Source: an uncultured Gemmatimonadales bacterium
Lineage (GTDB): Bacteria; Gemmatimonadota; Gemmatimonadetes; Gemmatimonadales; GWC2-71-9
NCBI GenBank assembly: GCA_963842945.1
Contig: CAWJIM010000023.1
Coordinates: 256,001 to 320,000 of the forward strand
DNA: 64,000 bases
Reading direction: 5' to 3'
Shown: positions 42,341 to 53,113 of the stretch, piece after piece
Position numbering within the stretch: position 1 is the first letter of the stretch
How the letters are laid out: the number at the start of each line of letters is the position of its first letter
The notes under the pieces: generated by a model
The model's database searches: none
Seen by the model: the letters and a program-made list of their open reading frames with translations, nothing else
What the model was told of the DNA's origin: nothing
Made by a program: the position numbers and the translations under genes

Positions 42341-43012
42341 TCAGCGCCATAATCCGGCCATCGTCAGCGTGGCTCGCTCCAACAACTGGTGAACCTCGTC
42401 ATCGTCGACCTGGGCGAAATCTTCATACCAGTTGCCCACGGCAAAGAAGGGCTCGGGTGAGATCAAACAGATCACCTCATCGGCCTCGCGCTTGAGCGCG
42501 GCACAGGTCTCGGCCGGAGCGACCGGTACTGCCACTACCAGATGCGCTGGCTCCTGGACTCGAATGGCGACTGCCGCGGCGCGCATGGTGGACCCGGTGG
42601 CCAAGCCATCATCCACCAACACTACTGTCCGATCGCGTATGATCGGGTGCGGTCTGCCATCCCGGTATGCCTCTTCCCGGCGGTCCAGCTCCTCCTGCTC
42701 CCGGGCAGCAATGGCCGCGATGTCGCGTTCGGTGACGGCGAACGCCGCGATGACTTCATCACTGAGGATTCGGATTCCGCCAGGAGCGATCGCTCCCATG
42801 GCGAGCTCCTCATGTCCGGGAACGCCCAGCTTGCGGACCAGCATGACGTCGAGGGGAGCGTTGAGTGCGCGGGCCACCTGGTAGCCGACCGGGACGCCAC
42901 CCCGGGGCAGAGCCAGAACCAGCAGCTTCGAGCGGCCCGCGTATCGCTCGAGGGCGGCCGCCAGCCGGCGTCCAGCCTCTCCGCGATCGCGGAAGCGGAC
43001 AGATACTTTCAT
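42341..43012 (-). CDS. Phosphoribosyltransferase family protein
   Basis: FRDRGEAG, LALPRGGVPV, VLVDDGLATGSTM. Confidence 0.92.
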   Translation of the reverse strand: MKVSVRFRDRGEAGRRLAAALERYAGRSKLLVLALPRGGVPVGYQVARALNAPLDVMLVRKLGVPGHEELAMGAIAPGGIRILSDEVIAAFAVTERDIAAIAAREQEELDRREEAYRDGRPHPIIRDRTVVLVDDGLATGSTMRAAAVAIRVQEPAHLVVAVPVAPAETCAALKREADEVICLISPEPFFAVGNWYEDFAQVDDDEVHQLLERATLTMAGLWR

Positions 43013-43124
43013 CGAACACTCCACCAGCCCGCGAGATGTGGTGGAACTTACACGTTTTGAAGCCGCGGACCCGAGCGTACATTGTGACTCCGGATTTCGA
43101 GGCGACCCCCAACCCCCGGAGCTT

Positions 43125-43439
43125 GTGACTGATCAAGGCATTCTCTATGAAGTCACCCTGCAGGTTGAGCCAGCCCTCGCGCCTGCGGTCGAGCACTACA
43201 TGAGAACCCATCATATTCCCGTCATCCTTCGGACCGGTTGCTTTTACCACATTCGGTTCGACTGGGCCGCCGAAGGAAAGTTTCGCACCAGTTATCGAGC
43301 CCACTCTCCTGCCGACCTCGAGCGTTACCTCCAGGACCACGCTCCCTCGGTTCGGGCCAAGTTTCAGGCCGATTTCCCGTCCGGCGTCGTCTTGACTCGG
43401 GAAACTTGGAACCCGCGCCAGGAATGGCAAACCGAGTAA
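43125..43439 (+). CDS. DUF4286 family protein
   Basis: LYEVTL...YMRTHHIPVILRTGCF...LERYLQDHAP. Confidence 0.7.
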   Translation: MTDQGILYEVTLQVEPALAPAVEHYMRTHHIPVILRTGCFYHIRFDWAAEGKFRTSYRAHSPADLERYLQDHAPSVRAKFQADFPSGVVLTRETWNPRQEWQTE

Positions 43440-43465
43440 CTCCGATTTTGCGTTATCTTCTGAGG

Positions 43466-43958
43466 ATGCTGCGCCCCTGGCCCACCGCCCTGATTCTTCT
43501 CCTTGCTTGCGGCCGCTCTGCCGACCGACCCTCCGCCGGGGCGGCTGCCTGTGGGTTGGCGTCACTGGCCGGCCCCACGGCGCTGCTGGGCCAGTTCAGT
43601 CTGCCCGACCAGACCCTCGGCCAGCCCACCGAAGCATCTCCCCGAGAGGCTGGTGGTGCGACTGGTAGCGGGGCCCGCCTACCCGGCGATCGTGGGACGC
43701 TCCGATTCGTTGTGGGTGATTGGAGTCGAGGGCGCGTTGCCTTCCAATGTGAAGCCCGGGTTTGGCGTGTTGGTGCTGGACCGAAGCGGCAAGACGCTGG
43801 GTACCATGCTCTACGAGGGAACCCCGGTGGAAGGTGCACCCGAGATAGGCACGGTATCGGTGGGAAACACGACGGTGCCGCTGATCGGCATTCAGCTCGA
43901 CCCTGCCAGAATTGAAGATCCCCGCTGCCCGTTCTTCCCCGATTCGGTGATTCAGTGA
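43466..43958 (+). CDS. Hypothetical lipoprotein; frameshift near 43625
   Basis: LLLLAC lipobox, AAACGLASLAG, then PERLVVRLVAG...CPFFP in the next frame. Confidence 0.6.
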
Positions 43959-44689
43959 CGGCGCCGCGGATTGGCGGTGAGCGGCGTGGTGCGGAGCTGG
44001 GATGGGGCGGACCGTACCGGGGTCAACGCCGCCTACGTTCGAGCCGTCCTGATCGCCGGGGGTGTCCCGCTGGTGCTGTCGCCGCTGATGGGCACCACGA
44101 TGGCGGCTCGAGCGCTCGATGGGATCGACGGGCTGCTGCTTACCGGTGGTGAAGACATCGACCCGGCCTGGTACGGTGCCGATCCTTCTCCTCACCTCGA
44201 TCCGCCCAGCCGGGAGCGCGATCTGTTTGAGCTGGCGCTCTTTGCGGTGGCCCGGCAGCGCCGGATCCCCATTCTTGGCATCTGCCGCGGTATTCAGCTG
44301 ATCAATGTGGCGCTGGGTGGTACACTGTTTCAGGATCTCCCATCGGAGCGAGCTGGCCCGGTGGAGCACCGCCCTCAAGGCCCGCGCGACGCCCGGAGCC
44401 ATCGCGTTCGGCTGCTTCCCAAGAGCCGTGCGGCCCAGGCGTTGGGGACCAATGCGGTCAAGGTGAACTCATCTCACCATCAGGGTATCAAGGAGCTGGC
44501 GCCGGGCCTGGTGGCGAGTGGCTGGACCGATGACGACCTGATCGAGGCGGTGGAGAGTCCCGCCGGGACTCCCTGGCTGCTCGCCGTTCAGTGGCATCCG
44601 GAGGAGATGCACGCCGACGTCGAGGCCGCCGGACCACGGGCTGTTTGCCGCACTGATGCAGGAGGCGGAAGGAACTCGGAGTGGTTTAG
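43955..44689 (+). CDS. Peptidase C26 / gamma-glutamyl-GABA hydrolase family glutamine amidotransferase; ends frameshifted
   Basis: LLLTGGEDIDP, LGICRGIQ, VNSSHHQ, AVQWHPE triad. Confidence 0.9.
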
Positions 44690-45364
44690 TGGACGAAGGA
44701 CGGGAAGAGGAGCGCGGTCACTCACGCCGTTCAGCGCACTCCGTAAGGCGGGAAAACGTTCGGCCGCGGTCCGCAGCACTTCGTCCAGTCCGTACTGGTG
44801 GGCCAACGCGTGGTCGGAGGCCAGACCAAACCCCCGGCTTCCCAGCGTCTCGTAGTAGCTGACATCCGGGCCAGCTTTGCGCAGGCGCCGGGCGGCGATA
44901 TAATCGGGAAAGAGGCCGGTCAGCCAGAGCGCGTAGTTGCCCAGGTGTACCATCACCTTGAAGCGACGATCTCCCACGGTCGCCTCAAGGTCGGCCAGAA
45001 TGTCTATCAGGTAGCGGTGGCGCTGGTCGTCGTTCCAATCGACGCGCCAGGCCCGGTCGCGCTGGCCAAACTCGAGCAGGAGCGCCGACAGATAGTCGGC
45101 CAGATCCCGGTCTTCGAGACCGGAACCGAGCAACGCATGGCGGATGACCACGTAAAAGAACAACGCTTCGGACGGCAGCAGCATCGAGCGGACGGTTAAC
45201 AGCCGCTCGAGAAGATCAGGAGCATCGAGCAGCGCGTCTGGACCTTCGGTGGTCAGGCGCCGCTCCAGGTAGGCCCGTCGATGAGCCGAACCCCGGCTCA
45301 AGAGCAGGATCACCAGCTGCAGGTCTGCCGCAGTCAGGCGGCCCCGCGTATTCGCACGGATCAT
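44686..45364 (-). CDS. Hypothetical helical protein; 3' end approximate
   Basis: AAGGAGGAG RBS; LFFYVVIRHAL, DYLSALL, HLGNYALWLTGLFPDYI, YYETLG. Confidence 0.7.
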
Positions 45365-45405
45365 GACGCACTCCTCCTTCAACAAAACTCGCGCCTCAGA
45401 CAGAG

Positions 45406-47400
45406 GTGCCTTCCTCCGCTGACACTGGTCTGGAGCTCGTCCGCCGGCTCACCGCGTTCGGTCAGGAGGTGGCGGGAACCCTGCGCCGGGCTTCCGTCAT
45501 CGATCTCCTGGTCCGCCACGTTCGGGAGAGTCTCGACGCCCAGCGAAATCGCCGTGGCCCTCTTTCAGCAGACGGAGACCATCGACTTCGTCCTGGGCTG
45601 GCCTCCGGGCCGGGCGAATCCACGGCCCCTGCTGGAGCTGGCCAGTCGCCGCGGCCCTCTGCTCATCAACGACGGACTGGAGACGCTCCTTCGGGAAGCC
45701 GGCCTTGCCTCTCCCGCTGTGACGGCTGGGAGCTGGTTGGTTGCACCCTTCATCGCCAAAGAATAGAGTAACCGGAGCCATTGCGGTGCGCGGTGAGGCA
45801 GGTCGCTATGCCCCTGCCGACCTGGTCCTGCTCGAAGGATTGGTATCGCAGGCCAGCATCGCCCTGGAGAGTGCCCGGCTGATCGATCTTCATGATGATG
45901 GCCGGCGAACCTGGCAGGAAGTGGTGGATGCCATCTCCCCCGCCCTCTGCATCGTGGACCGCAGCGGGGCCATCCGCCGCGCCAACCGAGCCTTTGCCGA
46001 TCTGGTGAACGCACCGCCCGCCAGCCTGATCGGCCGGCCCTGGCAGGCCTTTATTCCCCCGGAGTGGTCGCTGGAGCTCCAGCGGGCATTGGATCAGCAA
46101 GGAGCGGGCCGGGAGGTGGAACTGCGCACCGGCGAGCGGACCTATGCTGTTACAGCGGTGCCGATTAGCAGCACCGACCGGTCCGCGGTCGTCCTCCTGT
46201 TCGACGATCAAACCGAGCGACGCCGCTTGCAAGACCAGCTGATCCAATCGGAGAAAATGTCGGCCATCGGGCAGCTGATCGCCGGTATCGCCCACGACCT
46301 GAACAACCCGCTGGCCTCGGTGCTCGGCTTCGCCGACTTCCTGACCGAGGTCCCCAACGTGCCGCCCAACATCCGGGAGCCGCTCACCGTCGTACGGGAG
46401 GAGGCGGAACGCGCATCCAGTATCGTCAGAAATCTGCTGGGCTTTGCCCGGAAGCAGGAACACCAGCGCCGGCCCACCGCGCTGAAGCCGCTGCTGGACG
46501 GCACCTTCGTGCTGCTCCGCAATCAGCTCATGGCTCACCGGGTCGAGGCCGAGATCGAGGTCGAGCCCGATCTTCCCATGCCCGACATCGATCCCAACCA
46601 GATCCAGCAGGTCTTCGTGAATCTGATCAACAACGCGGCCCAGGCGATCGCCTCCACCGGGCGGCCCGGGAACATTCGTGGTCCGCGCCCGGCGTTGGCT
46701 CGACGGGGTGGCGGTTGACATCATCGACGATGGGCCGGGAATGTCCGAAGCCCTGGCCACTCAGGTGTTCGAGCCCTTCTTCACCACCAAGGCCGAGGGC
46801 GAAGGCACCGGCCTGGGACTCTCGATCAGCCAGGGCATCGTGAAGGAGCACGGCGGCCGCATCATGCTCTCCACCGAGGAGGGCAAGGGCTCCACCTTCA
46901 CCGTGCAGCTCCCGCTCTCCACCCGATCGGCCGCCCCTCCGGAGGACGTCGGCGCCCGGGTGCCCGAGCCGCCGGTTGCGGGTGCTTGGTGGTAGACGAT
47001 GAGCCGCACATCCTCCACTACATGCGGGCGACCTCGAGGCGTGGGGGCACATACCCGTCGTCGCCGGCGACGGAGAAGAGGCACTGGCCCGGGCGACCCG
47101 CGAGCAGTTCGATCTGATCATCTCGGATCTCCGGATGCCCCGCTTCGGGGGCCGGGAGTTCTACGAGGAGCTGGCTCGCCGGAACCCGCGGATGGCGGCG
47201 CGTCTCGTCTTCAGCACCGGCGACACCGTCCGGGGCGACACCCTGGCCTTCCTCGAGACCCTCGACCGTCCCTACCTGCATAAGCCTTTCAGTCTGGCCG
47301 AGCTCCGAACCTTGCTGGCGGACGTGGTGCGCGAGAGCGGCGCAGCCCATGCCGTGCGCGATGCGCCGGCGCTTGCGGGCGACGCACTCCCAGGACGTGA
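45406..47400 (+). CDS. Hybrid sensor histidine kinase (GAF-PAS-HisKA-HATPase-REC), several frameshifts
   Basis: IAHDLNNPL H-box, QVFVNLINNA, DDGPGM, FEPFFTTK, GTGLGL, then receiver motifs VVDDE, ISDLRMP, LHKPF. Confidence 0.85.
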
Positions 47401-48474
47401 GTGCGGATCGTCCACGTCGCCTCGGGACGGGAGTGGCGCGGTGGACAACGACAGGTCTGGTTGCTCGCTCGCGAGCTGCAGGCCCGGGGGGTCGAGCCAG
47501 GTCGTCATCACAGCGCTCAGCCAGTGAGCTGTCCCATCGCCTGAGCCGGGCCGGGGTCCCCGTCCGGCCGGCGACTTGGAAGGCCGGGCTGGACCCCAGA
47601 GTTCTTCCCCCGCTATTGACCGGAGCTCCACCGCCCAGCACTGGTTCCACGCCCACGACGCCCATGCTCTCACCTTGGGCGGCGTGGGCGCGTGGCTGAC
47701 CAGCTGCCCTCTGGTGGTAACCCGGCGCGTCACCTTCCCTCTCCGGCGACGTTTGCTTCTGGGCTCGGGCCTGCCGGATCATCGTCATCTCTCGAGCCGT
47801 GAGAGACGCGCTGATCGGCGATGGGCTGGATGATTCGAAGCTGGTCCTGATCCCGTCCGCCCTGGATCCCGCCGGCTCCAGCTTCCCCGGCCGTAGACCT
47901 TCGCACACGTCTCAGAGTGTCCCAGAAAGGACAGTTGGCGGTGGCTCTGGGATCACTGACCCCCGAGAAGGACCACTTAACCCTGATTCAGGCCGCCTCG
48001 CGGCTGGTCCAGGACTTGCCCGACCTGCACTGGATCATTGTCGGGGAGGGTCCGATGAAAGAGCGGCTGCAGCAGCGGAGTCGCGAGCTGGGAGTGGAGG
48101 ATCGGATGCATCTGGTCGGGGGTCTGGAAGATCCCCATCAGGCGCTGGCCGAGGCCGACGTCTTCGTGCTCAGCTCCATCAGCGAGGGCTTCGGCAGCTC
48201 GGTGCTCGCGGCAATGGCCCGAGGCGTGCCGGTCGTGGCCACTCGAGTTGGAGGGGTTCCCGACCTCCTGGTCAATGGCTCCGGCATGCTGGTGGAACCG
48301 CAGAACCCAGAGGCGTTGGCTGCCAGTGTGCGGCTGGTGCTGAGTGACGCCGTCTTACGGAAAAGCCTTGCGCAGAAAGCGCGCGCGGAGCTGCCAAAGT
48401 ACACCGTGTCCGCCATGGCAGAGCGGGTACTCTCCGTGTATCGTTCCTGCGCTCATTCTCTTGACGGCGCATGA
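47401..48474 (+). CDS. GT4 family glycosyltransferase, several frameshifts
   Basis: VRIVHVASGREWRGGQRQV, HAHDAHA, VTRRV, EKDH, SSISEGFGSSVLAAMARGVPVVATRVGG. Confidence 0.85.
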
Positions 48475-49266
48475 TTTACATCTGTATACCGAGCTACAAT
48501 GAAGCCCCGACCATCGGGCTTCTCCTCTGGAAAATCCGCCAGGTCTTTGCCGGGTTCCCTCGCGAGTACCACCTGCTGGTACTGGACGACGGATCCAGCG
48601 ATTCGACCGCAGAAGTCCTCGAGCGCTACACTCGCGTCCTTCCACTTACGGTCATCCGGCACCAGAGTCGCCTGGGGTACGCCGAAAGCGTTGAGGAGAT
48701 TCTGCGGCAGGCAGTACAGCGCACCGACCGCCCCAAGCGGGACGCGGCGATCCTCATGCATGCCGATTTCACCCACGGCCCTCACTTCATCCCCGATCTG
48801 GTCCGCCGAATCGAGAGCGGGGCCGACATCGTGATCGGTCAGGCCAAGCTGCAGGGCGAGCGCTCCCGCACCCGGCGGCTGGTCCGCCGGCTGGCCCCGG
48901 TGCTGCTGCGGGGGGTCGTTTCGGTTCCGGGGGTCTCCGACGTGGTGTCTGGGTTTGCCATTTTCCGGCTGGTTACGCTTCGCAACGCCTTCCGGAACGG
49001 AGCCTCGCCGGTTCTGCAGACCGAGGGATGGGCAGCCAATGCCGAGCTCTACGAACGCACCGCGAAATTTGCCCGCCGGGTCGAGACCCTTGCTACCGTG
49101 GAGCGTCATGACCTGCGGCAGCGGTCCAGCCGATCGGGCGCATGGGCGCCTGCGCTGACCGTCTGGAGAGCCCGTGAGCCGCTGCGCCACCTCAATCCGC
49201 CGGCCCACGAAGAGAGGCCTGACCCACCGGGACGCCAGTCCGCAGGCGGAGGTGGCGCCCTCGTGA
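48471..49266 (+). CDS. GT2 family glycosyltransferase; 3' end approximate
   Basis: ICIPSYNE, VLDDGSSD, MHADFTH, SDVVSGF. Confidence 0.85.
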
Positions 49267-50016
49267 TACGTCACCGGACTGCTCTTCCAGTTGGCCATTC
49301 AGGCACTTTCCCCTGCCACTCCGCCTCGGGACTACCCCTTTGGGGTAGGGGAAAAACTCTCGTACAGCGCCAAGCTCGGGATGCTTACTCTCGGCTCGGG
49401 TACCCTGGAGGTGGCCTCCGTCGACACGGTCAGGGGCGTGGAAAGCTTTCGGCTGCGCTTCAGGCTTCAGGGCAAGACCATGTTCTACTCGCTGGACGAT
49501 GTGCTCGAGTCCTGGATCGGCACCTCGGACCTGACCTCACGCCGGTTTGTCCAGGATTTCCTCGAGAACGACAAGACCACCAAGCGGAGCTACGAGATCT
49601 TCCCCGATTCGGGGTTCTACCGGGAGCATGGCAAGGAGGGAAAGCAGGAAACGCCGGCGGATCCGCTGGATGACGCGGCCTTCTTCTACTTTGTGCGCGT
49701 CACCCCTCTCGAGGTGGGTCAGAAATACACCTACGCGCGTTACTTCAGAAAAGAAAAGAACCCGGTCACCATCGAAGTCCTCAAGCGTGAAAACATGGAC
49801 CTGCCCGATGGCAGCAAGGTCAAATGTCTGGTCCTGCATCCGGTGATCGACACCAAGGGTCTCTTTTCCAAGCGTTCTGAAACCCGCATCTGGCTCACGG
49901 ATGACACTCGGCGGCTGCCGGTCCAGATCCGAACGAAATTCCCCTTCGGGACCATCACCCTCAGACTCAAGGACATGGTTCTGCCCGGAGCCGCTGCCTC
50001 GGCGATGAGCCGCTGA
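49263..50016 (+). CDS. DUF3108 domain protein; 5' end frameshifted
   Basis: PFGVGEKLSY, DPLDDAAFFYFVR, IWLTDDTRRLPVQI. Confidence 0.75.
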
Positions 50017-50018
50017 GC

Positions 50019-50975
50019 GTGCGCTATCGAGAGGCAGATCTTAGCCGCATCCGAACCGTCCCGGTGGGTGAGCGGCAGAACAAGGTAGACCCTCATCTTC
50101 TCGCCTCCGCCCCAGGATCCGATCGTTCGTTTTCCGCATTCCTTTCCAGCCTTCCCGACGTTCTCGCCGCCCGAGACCTCCGGCTCGTCATCGACGCGGT
50201 GCTCCACGCCAAACGCATCAGTCGCGGCGTTGTTCTCCTGATCGGTGGACACGTCATCAAGGTAGGTCTGGGGCCGCTGGTAAATGCCTGGCTGGAGCGG
50301 GGGATCGTCACTCACGTGGCGCTGAACGGGGCCGCTGCCATCCACGACTTCGAGCTCGCCGCCTATGGCGGGACCAGCGAAGACGTGGAGAGCGGATTGA
50401 AGGACGGTAGCTTCGGCATGGCCGAGGAAACCGGGGCTGAGATGAATGCCGCAATCACAGCGGCGGCTGGGGCGGGCCAAGGCATGGGCGAAGGCCTGGC
50501 CCGAGCATTATCGGAGCGGACGCGCCTTCCCGGAGGTGATGTCTCCATCTTGCTCCGATCCCACCGCGTCGGCGTTCCGGTGACCGTACATCCGACAATC
50601 GGAGCCGAAATCATTCATCAGCATCCCGCTGCTGACGGAGCGGCGCTGGGCGAAACCGCCCAGCGGGATTTTCGCCGGCTTGCAGGATCACTACCGGAGC
50701 TGGATCAGGGTGGCGTCGCCATGAACTGGGGCAGCGCCGTGGTACTGCCGGAGGTGTTTCTCAAGGCGCTCACAGTCGCCAGAAATCTTGGAGGCGGGCG
50801 CCCGACGCACTTTACGGCCGCCGACTTCGACATGCAGCGGCATTATCGCCCCCGCGTGAACGTGGTTCAGCGGCCGACCCAGGCAGGCGGCGCAGGGTAC
50901 CTCCTAACCGGTCATCACGAAATCCTTCTCCCCTTACTGGTCTGGGGAGTGCTGGAAAAACTCGGTGAAACGTGA
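50019..50975 (+). CDS. Conserved protein with deoxyhypusine-synthase-like fold
   Basis: GGHVIKVGL, NGAAAIHDFE, TSEDV, GSAVVLPEVFLKA, HYRP, GHHEI. Confidence 0.65.
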   Translation: MRYREADLSRIRTVPVGERQNKVDPHLLASAPGSDRSFSAFLSSLPDVLAARDLRLVIDAVLHAKRISRGVVLLIGGHVIKVGLGPLVNAWLERGIVTHVALNGAAAIHDFELAAYGGTSEDVESGLKDGSFGMAEETGAEMNAAITAAAGAGQGMGEGLARALSERTRLPGGDVSILLRSHRVGVPVTVHPTIGAEIIHQHPAADGAALGETAQRDFRRLAGSLPELDQGGVAMNWGSAVVLPEVFLKALTVARNLGGGRPTHFTAADFDMQRHYRPRVNVVQRPTQAGGAGYLLTGHHEILLPLLVWGVLEKLGET

Positions 50976-50983
50976 CGATAAGA

Positions 50984-51196
50984 TCACCCCTGAGCCCCGG
51001 CGATCATCTCTCGAACTCGTGCGGCGGTTTCGGGGGCAAAAAGCCTCAGGATCTGATATATGATGAATCCCAGGAAGGCGAACCACAGCACAGCCCCGAG
51101 TAAGCCCAACACCAGCCCGAATAGGCCGAAGACGAGCTTGAGCACAAACATCGCCACTACGGCAAAGATCGCGAATCCCAGCAGGTTCCGGATCAT
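50984..51196 (-). CDS. Small membrane protein
   Basis: Two hydrophobic helices; GAGG upstream. Confidence 0.65.
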   Translation of the reverse strand: MIRNLLGFAIFAVVAMFVLKLVFGLFGLVLGLLGAVLWFAFLGFIIYQILRLFAPETAARVREMIAGAQG

Positions 51197-51266
51197 CACA
51201 GTTTCCTCATCTGGACGAGACACGGCGCAGTACGCCTCCACGTTTCAAATAGTTTCATAGGTCCTC

Positions 51267-52385
51267 GTGGAGTCTACCCACGACATCGTCATCGTCGGCG
51301 GCGGCGCCGTGGGTGCTGCGTGCGCCAGGGAGCTGGCGATCAGGGGGCGCGAGGTCCTGATCATCGAGCCCGGCACGGCTATAGGCCAGGCATGGAGGGC
51401 GGCAGCCGGCATGCTGGCACCCCAGATCGAGGCCGATGGCAGCGACCCCTTGCTGCGTCTCGCGCTGCGCGCCCGCGATCACTACGACGGTCTGGCGGCC
51501 GACCTACTGGAGAACACCGGCGTAGACCTGGGACTCTGGCGCGAGGGCATCGCCCGGGTAGCCCTCGATCCGTCCGACGCCGAGGCTTTGCGGCTGAAGG
51601 TGGATTGGCAGCGAGGTCAGGGACTTCCCTGCGAGTGGCTGGACCCCGGCGAGCTGCGACACCGGTGGCCTTGGCTGGGACCGGCCATCGGCGCCTTGTG
51701 GGCTCCCCAGGACGGCGCGCTCGACCCGGAGCGATTGGTAGAGGCTTTGTTGGAGGATGCCCGGCGCCGCGGGGCCACCCTGATTCGCGATCGCATCGTC
51801 GGAATTGAAACCGGCGGAGACCGCGTCTCCGGCGTCATCGGCGAGCGGACGCACTATGGCGCTTCCCAGATTGTGATTGCCGCCGGCGCCTGGTCCGGGC
51901 AGATCCACGGACTGCCGCGCGCCATCCCGGTGCAGCCGGTCAGAGGTCAAATGGCATCGCTACAGTGGCCGCCGAGGATGGCGCGGGCCATCGTCTATCA
52001 CAAGGATTCCTATTTGTTGGCTCGGGGAGGCGAGGCGATCCTGGGCTCCACCATGGAGTACGTCGGCTTCGATCCGGAAGTCACCTCGGCCGGCCTGGCG
52101 CAGATCTTCTCGAATACGCTGGCACTGTGTCCGGGGCTGGTCCGGTCGAAGGTGCAGCGAACCTGGGCCGGCCTCCGCCCGGTGACGCCGGATGGCATGC
52201 CGGTCCTGGGAGCTGAGCCCAGACTGAGGGGTCTCTGGTATGCCTGCGGTCACGGGAGAAATGGGATCCTTCTGGCCGGGCTCACCGGGGTGGTAATGGC
52301 CCGGCTGATCTGCGGCGAGCCGGCAGGTCTCGAGTTGCGGGACTTGGGCCCGGAGCGGTTCGGAGGCGTGGAGTCCGCCGAATGA
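51267..52385 (+). CDS. thiO: Glycine oxidase ThiO-like FAD oxidoreductase
   Basis: VGGGAVG, AAAGMLAP, PVRGQ, WAGLRP, GHGRNGILLA. Confidence 0.85.
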   Translation: MESTHDIVIVGGGAVGAACARELAIRGREVLIIEPGTAIGQAWRAAAGMLAPQIEADGSDPLLRLALRARDHYDGLAADLLENTGVDLGLWREGIARVALDPSDAEALRLKVDWQRGQGLPCEWLDPGELRHRWPWLGPAIGALWAPQDGALDPERLVEALLEDARRRGATLIRDRIVGIETGGDRVSGVIGERTHYGASQIVIAAGAWSGQIHGLPRAIPVQPVRGQMASLQWPPRMARAIVYHKDSYLLARGGEAILGSTMEYVGFDPEVTSAGLAQIFSNTLALCPGLVRSKVQRTWAGLRPVTPDGMPVLGAEPRLRGLWYACGHGRNGILLAGLTGVVMARLICGEPAGLELRDLGPERFGGVESAE

Positions 52386-52391
52386 CGAAGG

Positions 52392-53000
52392 CTACCGTTC
52401 TTTGAGGTGCACGCTTCCGCTGTGAGCATCAGGACTCACCCGCAGCTCCACCCACTCGCCGTTGAGGGCGTGATTGGGAACGCCACACATCAACCAGTAC
52501 CAACCCGCCTCTTCAGCCTCGAACGTGGTCTGGTCCGTTTGACCGGTCGTCAGACCCTCCGTGACCGAGCGGCTCATCGCGTTGCTGAAGGATGCCCGGC
52601 CTCCCTCGAGCGGGACCTTCTCTCGTTGGGTCATGACCACCAAACTGTGCACCGCCCCCGGATCATCGTTTCGCCAGTTCCACTTGACGGTCCACTTAAG
52701 GGGAACCACGATCTGGGCCTGGCCTGAGCGGAGCCCGTTGATCAGAGCCGAGGGACTGGCAGTCGGTTTGGTGACCACCAGGGAGAGCGTGACGGTTCGC
52801 TCTGCACTATCCGATTTAATCCAGCCGGTATCCGTCGCGGCCGGCGAAGAATCCGCGGCCGGCGAAGAATCCGCGGCCGGAGGAGAGACCGCAGGAGCCG
52901 ATGGCGTGGGCGCAGACGAAGCGTTCTGGGACCTCCCGGAGCAGGCGATCCCGGCCGCCACGGTGGCGGTCAGAATGGACAGTCGGACGGCTCGCTCCAT
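52392..53000 (-). CDS. Sulfocyanin-like cupredoxin lipoprotein
   Basis: Lipobox GIAC, Ser/Pro/Ala linker, VPLKWTVKWNW, HSLVV, GWYWLMCGVPNHALNGEW. Confidence 0.78.
   Translation of the reverse strand: MERAVRLSILTATVAAGIACSGRSQNASSAPTPSAPAVSPPAADSSPAADSSPAATDTGWIKSDSAERTVTLSLVVTKPTASPSALINGLRSGQAQIVVPLKWTVKWNWRNDDPGAVHSLVVMTQREKVPLEGGRASFSNAMSRSVTEGLTTGQTDQTTFEAEEAGWYWLMCGVPNHALNGEWVELRVSPDAHSGSVHLKER
52837..52878. repeat. 18-bp tandem duplication in the cupredoxin linker
   Basis: GCGGCCGGCGAAGAATCC twice, encoding repeated ADSSPA. Confidence 0.8.
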
Positions 53001-53113
53001 GGATTTCCTCGCATGATCTGGCAATGAAATAACGTCACCTGTAGCTTGCTGCCGAACCCAGATGATTAAATCCCGCTCGCGCCAGCAGTAACCTAATCTC
53101 GGGAGACTCCCTC

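Noticed and set aside
43010..43050. CCACCA-containing hairpin as a tRNA 3' end or integration site
   Set aside because: No cloverleaf or TTC-GA T-loop in the right position, and no integrase nearby.
47135..49673. Apparent kinase-glycosyltransferase and GT2-DUF3108 fusions or extensions
   Set aside because: Explained by indels that skip the natural stops near 47400 and 49266.
51267..52385. thiO as part of the PQQ/OFA module (glyoxylate link)
   Set aside because: It is convergent to the cupredoxin gene and nothing in the sequence indicates co-regulation.
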